Notes under the pieces: generated by a model
What the model was told of the DNA's origin: nothing
What the model saw: the letters and a program-made list of their open reading frames with translations, nothing else
Databases searched by the model: none
Source of the DNA: an uncultured Chloroflexia bacterium
Lineage (GTDB): Bacteria; Chloroflexota; Limnocylindria; Limnocylindrales; CSP1-4
Assembly (NCBI GenBank): GCA_963833225.1
Contig: CAWHXD010000019.1
Span: forward strand, 374,075 to 438,074
Length of the DNA stretch: 64,000 nt
Direction: 5' to 3'
Made by a program: the position numbers and the translations under genes
Shown here: positions 62,362-64,000 of the stretch, in pieces
How positions within the stretch are numbered: position 1 is the first letter of the stretch
How the letters are laid out: every line of letters starts with the position of its first letter

Positions 62362-63387
62362 CTAGGCCTCGAGGCCCTGCTCCTCCGGCACCAGCCGGCC
62401 CTCGTCCCGCATCCGCGTGAACAGCTCGATCGTCTCCGCGATCCCGTCGCCGATGGGCGTGACGGGGACGGGGCCGATCGCGGCCAGCGCATCGTCGGCG
62501 ATCTCCTCAGGGAACGGGAGTGGCGCCCCCTCGACGGTGATCCTGGCGCCGGCTCCGGGGATCCGGGCGTCGATCTCGCTGACGAAGTCCCGCAGGTCCA
62601 CCAGGCTGCCGCCCAGGTTGAACGCGTGCGCTCCGCGCAGCGGGCTCCGGCTCGCGATGATCAGCGTCCGCGCGACGTCGTGCGCGTACTGGAACAGGGT
62701 CCGCCCGGAGAAGCCGATGGTGGCTGGCCTCCCCAGCACGGCGGCGACGATCGCCTTGGTCGGCGAGCTGGTCAGCCCCTGGTCGCGGCCGGGGCCGTAG
62801 ACCGTCATCGGCCGAAGCCCGATGCTCGAGACCCCGTTTTCCAGCCAGTACACGCGCGCGGTGCCCTCGTTGGCCTGCTTGTACACGCCGTAGTGGTTGA
62901 CGGGGTGGGCGGTCGCGTCGTTCTCGAGGCGCATCGTCCCGGGATCCGCATCGGCCGCATCGAACATGCCGACCGAGCCCGTGTAGACGACCTGTCCGAT
63001 CCGGTCCGCGCGTCGGCTGGCCGCGTCGAAGATGTTCACCGTCCCCAGCACGTTGACCCGGGCACCGAGCGGCGGATCCGCCCGGCAGAACGGGACCTGC
63101 AGGGCGGCGAGGTGGATGATGTTGGTGATGCCGTGGTCGTCGAGCCCCTGCTCGACGGACGCGAGATCGGTGATGTCGCCCCGCACCATGGTCAGCCGGG
63201 CGAGCTCCTCCTCGGTGCAGATCTGGCGGATCCGGCGCGGGTTCGCGGCGAGGTCGAAGGCGACGACCTCGGTCCCCTCGCGGAGGAGGTTCCGGACGGT
63301 CCACGCGCCGATGCAGCCCATGGCGCCGGTGACCAGGAACCGCTCCGCCGGGCGCCGTGGCGTGGTGGGGCGAGGGTCGTCGTGCAT
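62362..63387 (-). CDS. NAD-dependent epimerase/dehydratase (extended SDR) family protein
   Basis: FLVTGAMGCIGAWTVRNLL (GxxGxxG) and YGVYK (YxxxK). ATG 63387 follows GGGAGG, 4 nt after the upstream stop. Confidence 0.8.
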   Translation of the reverse strand: MHDDPRPTTPRRPAERFLVTGAMGCIGAWTVRNLLREGTEVVAFDLAANPRRIRQICTEEELARLTMVRGDITDLASVEQGLDDHGITNIIHLAALQVPFCRADPPLGARVNVLGTVNIFDAASRRADRIGQVVYTGSVGMFDAADADPGTMRLENDATAHPVNHYGVYKQANEGTARVYWLENGVSSIGLRPMTVYGPGRDQGLTSSPTKAIVAAVLGRPATIGFSGRTLFQYAHDVARTLIIASRSPLRGAHAFNLGGSLVDLRDFVSEIDARIPGAGARITVEGAPLPFPEEIADDALAAIGPVPVTPIGDGIAETIELFTRMRDEGRLVPEEQGLEA

Positions 63388-63391
63388 CGCG

Positions 63392-64000
63392 TCAGGCCTC
63401 CCTGGCCGGACCGGTCCGGCACGTGTTGGTGAGCGTTCCGATCCCCTCGACGACGACCTCGACGACATCGCCGTCGCCCAGCAGCCGGGGCGGCCGCCGG
63501 AAGATGCCGACGCCCCCGGGGGTACCGGTGGCGATCACGTCGCCGGACTCAAGGGTGAAGGCGCGCGAGCAGTGGCTGATGAGCTCCCGCACCCCGAAGA
63601 ACATGGACGACGTGCGGTCGTGCTGGAGTCGCTCGCCGTTGACCAGGCAGGCGATCTCCAGGTCCCCGGGATCGGGAAGCTCGTCCGCGGTGACCAGCAC
63701 GGGGCCCATCGGGCAGAACGTGTCGAGCGACTTGCCGCGCACCCACTGCCCGTCACCAAACTGGATGTCCCGGGCCGAGACGTCGTTGAGGCAGGTGTAG
63801 CCGAGGACGTGGTCGAGCGCATCGTCCGGGCTGACGGACCGGGCCCGGCGGCCGATCACGACCGCCAGCTCCGCCTCGTAGTCAACCTGGCTGGTCAGCT
63901 CCGGATCCCAGCGGATCTCGTCACCGGGACCGATCACCGAGCTCGGGAACTTGGCGAACACCAGCGGGGACGGCGGGGGAACGGCCCCATCCTCCGCCGC
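63392..64000 (-). CDS. fumarylacetoacetate hydrolase (FAH) family protein, 5' end beyond window (candidate 2,4-diketo-3-deoxy-L-fuconate/rhamnonate hydrolase)
   Basis: FAKFPSSVIGPGDEI...DYEAELAVVIG...GYTCLNDVSARD...GKSLDTFCPMGP...TGTPGGVG. The reading frame stays open to the window edge. Confidence 0.8.
   Translation of the reverse strand, partial: AAEDGAVPPPSPLVFAKFPSSVIGPGDEIRWDPELTSQVDYEAELAVVIGRRARSVSPDDALDHVLGYTCLNDVSARDIQFGDGQWVRGKSLDTFCPMGPVLVTADELPDPGDLEIACLVNGERLQHDRTSSMFFGVRELISHCSRAFTLESGDVIATGTPGGVGIFRRPPRLLGDGDVVEVVVEGIGTLTNTCRTGPAREA

Noticed and set aside
1-64000. Search for mobile elements, prophage, toxin-antitoxin or anti-phage defence systems, tRNA/rRNA genes and integration scars.
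   Set aside because: No transposase, integrase, recombinase, nuclease-helicase, Cas, restriction or abortive-infection-like sequences were recognised, nor any tRNA-like segments. The accessory character of the window is metabolic (sugar islands), not mobile or defensive.

Overview
Very GC-rich window (by eye about two-thirds to 70% G+C, not computed). I cannot assign a taxon. The codon usage and the frequent ATGA/GTGA start-stop overlaps look like an actinobacterial or Chloroflexi-type genome. About 60 genes are supportable. No rRNA, tRNA, CRISPR array, transposase, integrase or recognisable phage-defence gene was seen. Most long ORFs in the six-frame track are Arg/Pro/Gly/His-rich shadow ORFs antisense to the real genes.

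Layout:
- 1-1.3 kb: hypD (3' end) and hypE.
- 1.3-8.9 kb: transporters (two convergent ArsB/NhaD paralogs, one NCS1 permease), an aldo/keto reductase and a prolyl-aminopeptidase-like hydrolase.
- 8.9-13.7 kb: a translationally coupled minus-strand operon. It encodes a small membrane protein, an atypical Cys-rich LuxR-type response regulator, a hexaheme cytochrome c, a Tat-dependent NrfC-like FeS protein, an NrfD-like quinol subunit and a pentaheme cytochrome c.
- 13.9-17 kb: mtnA-like isomerase and a CASTOR/POLLUX-type RCK channel.
- 17-25 kb: a long minus-strand gene string of SorC regulator, fused E1 alpha-beta, E2, DAG-kinase-like lipid kinase, membrane protein and a disrupted NDHExDWE-motif membrane protein.
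- 25-41 kb: an L-rhamnose island with rhaD, rhaI, rhaB, rhaM, an ABC importer, a DeoR regulator, and divergently a PHP-like protein, bifunctional aldolase/SDR and two MDR dehydrogenases.
- 41-64 kb: an L-fucose/deoxyhexose island. It holds LacI-fucU-fucI, a corrinoid protein with two methyltransferase candidates and a second rhaM, a LarA homolog, a lactonase, a Gfo/Idh/MocA oxidoreductase, an RraA/UxaA/CoA-transferase/MaoC operon, a second sugar ABC system, a second LacI, an SDR and an FAH-family hydrolase.

Most interesting observations:
- A B12 (corrinoid) methyltransferase triad is embedded among the deoxyhexose genes.
- The cytochrome/NrfCD module has no catalytic subunit and is fused transcriptionally to a pseudo-receiver regulator.
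- An unassigned UxaA/RraA/CaiB/MaoC operon.
- At least 16 single-nucleotide-scale frameshifts, about 11 of them concentrated in the three membrane/periplasmic components of the rhamnose ABC importer. One of these lies inside a 15-bp tandem repeat.

All functional calls rest on motif and family recognition by eye. No database search was run.
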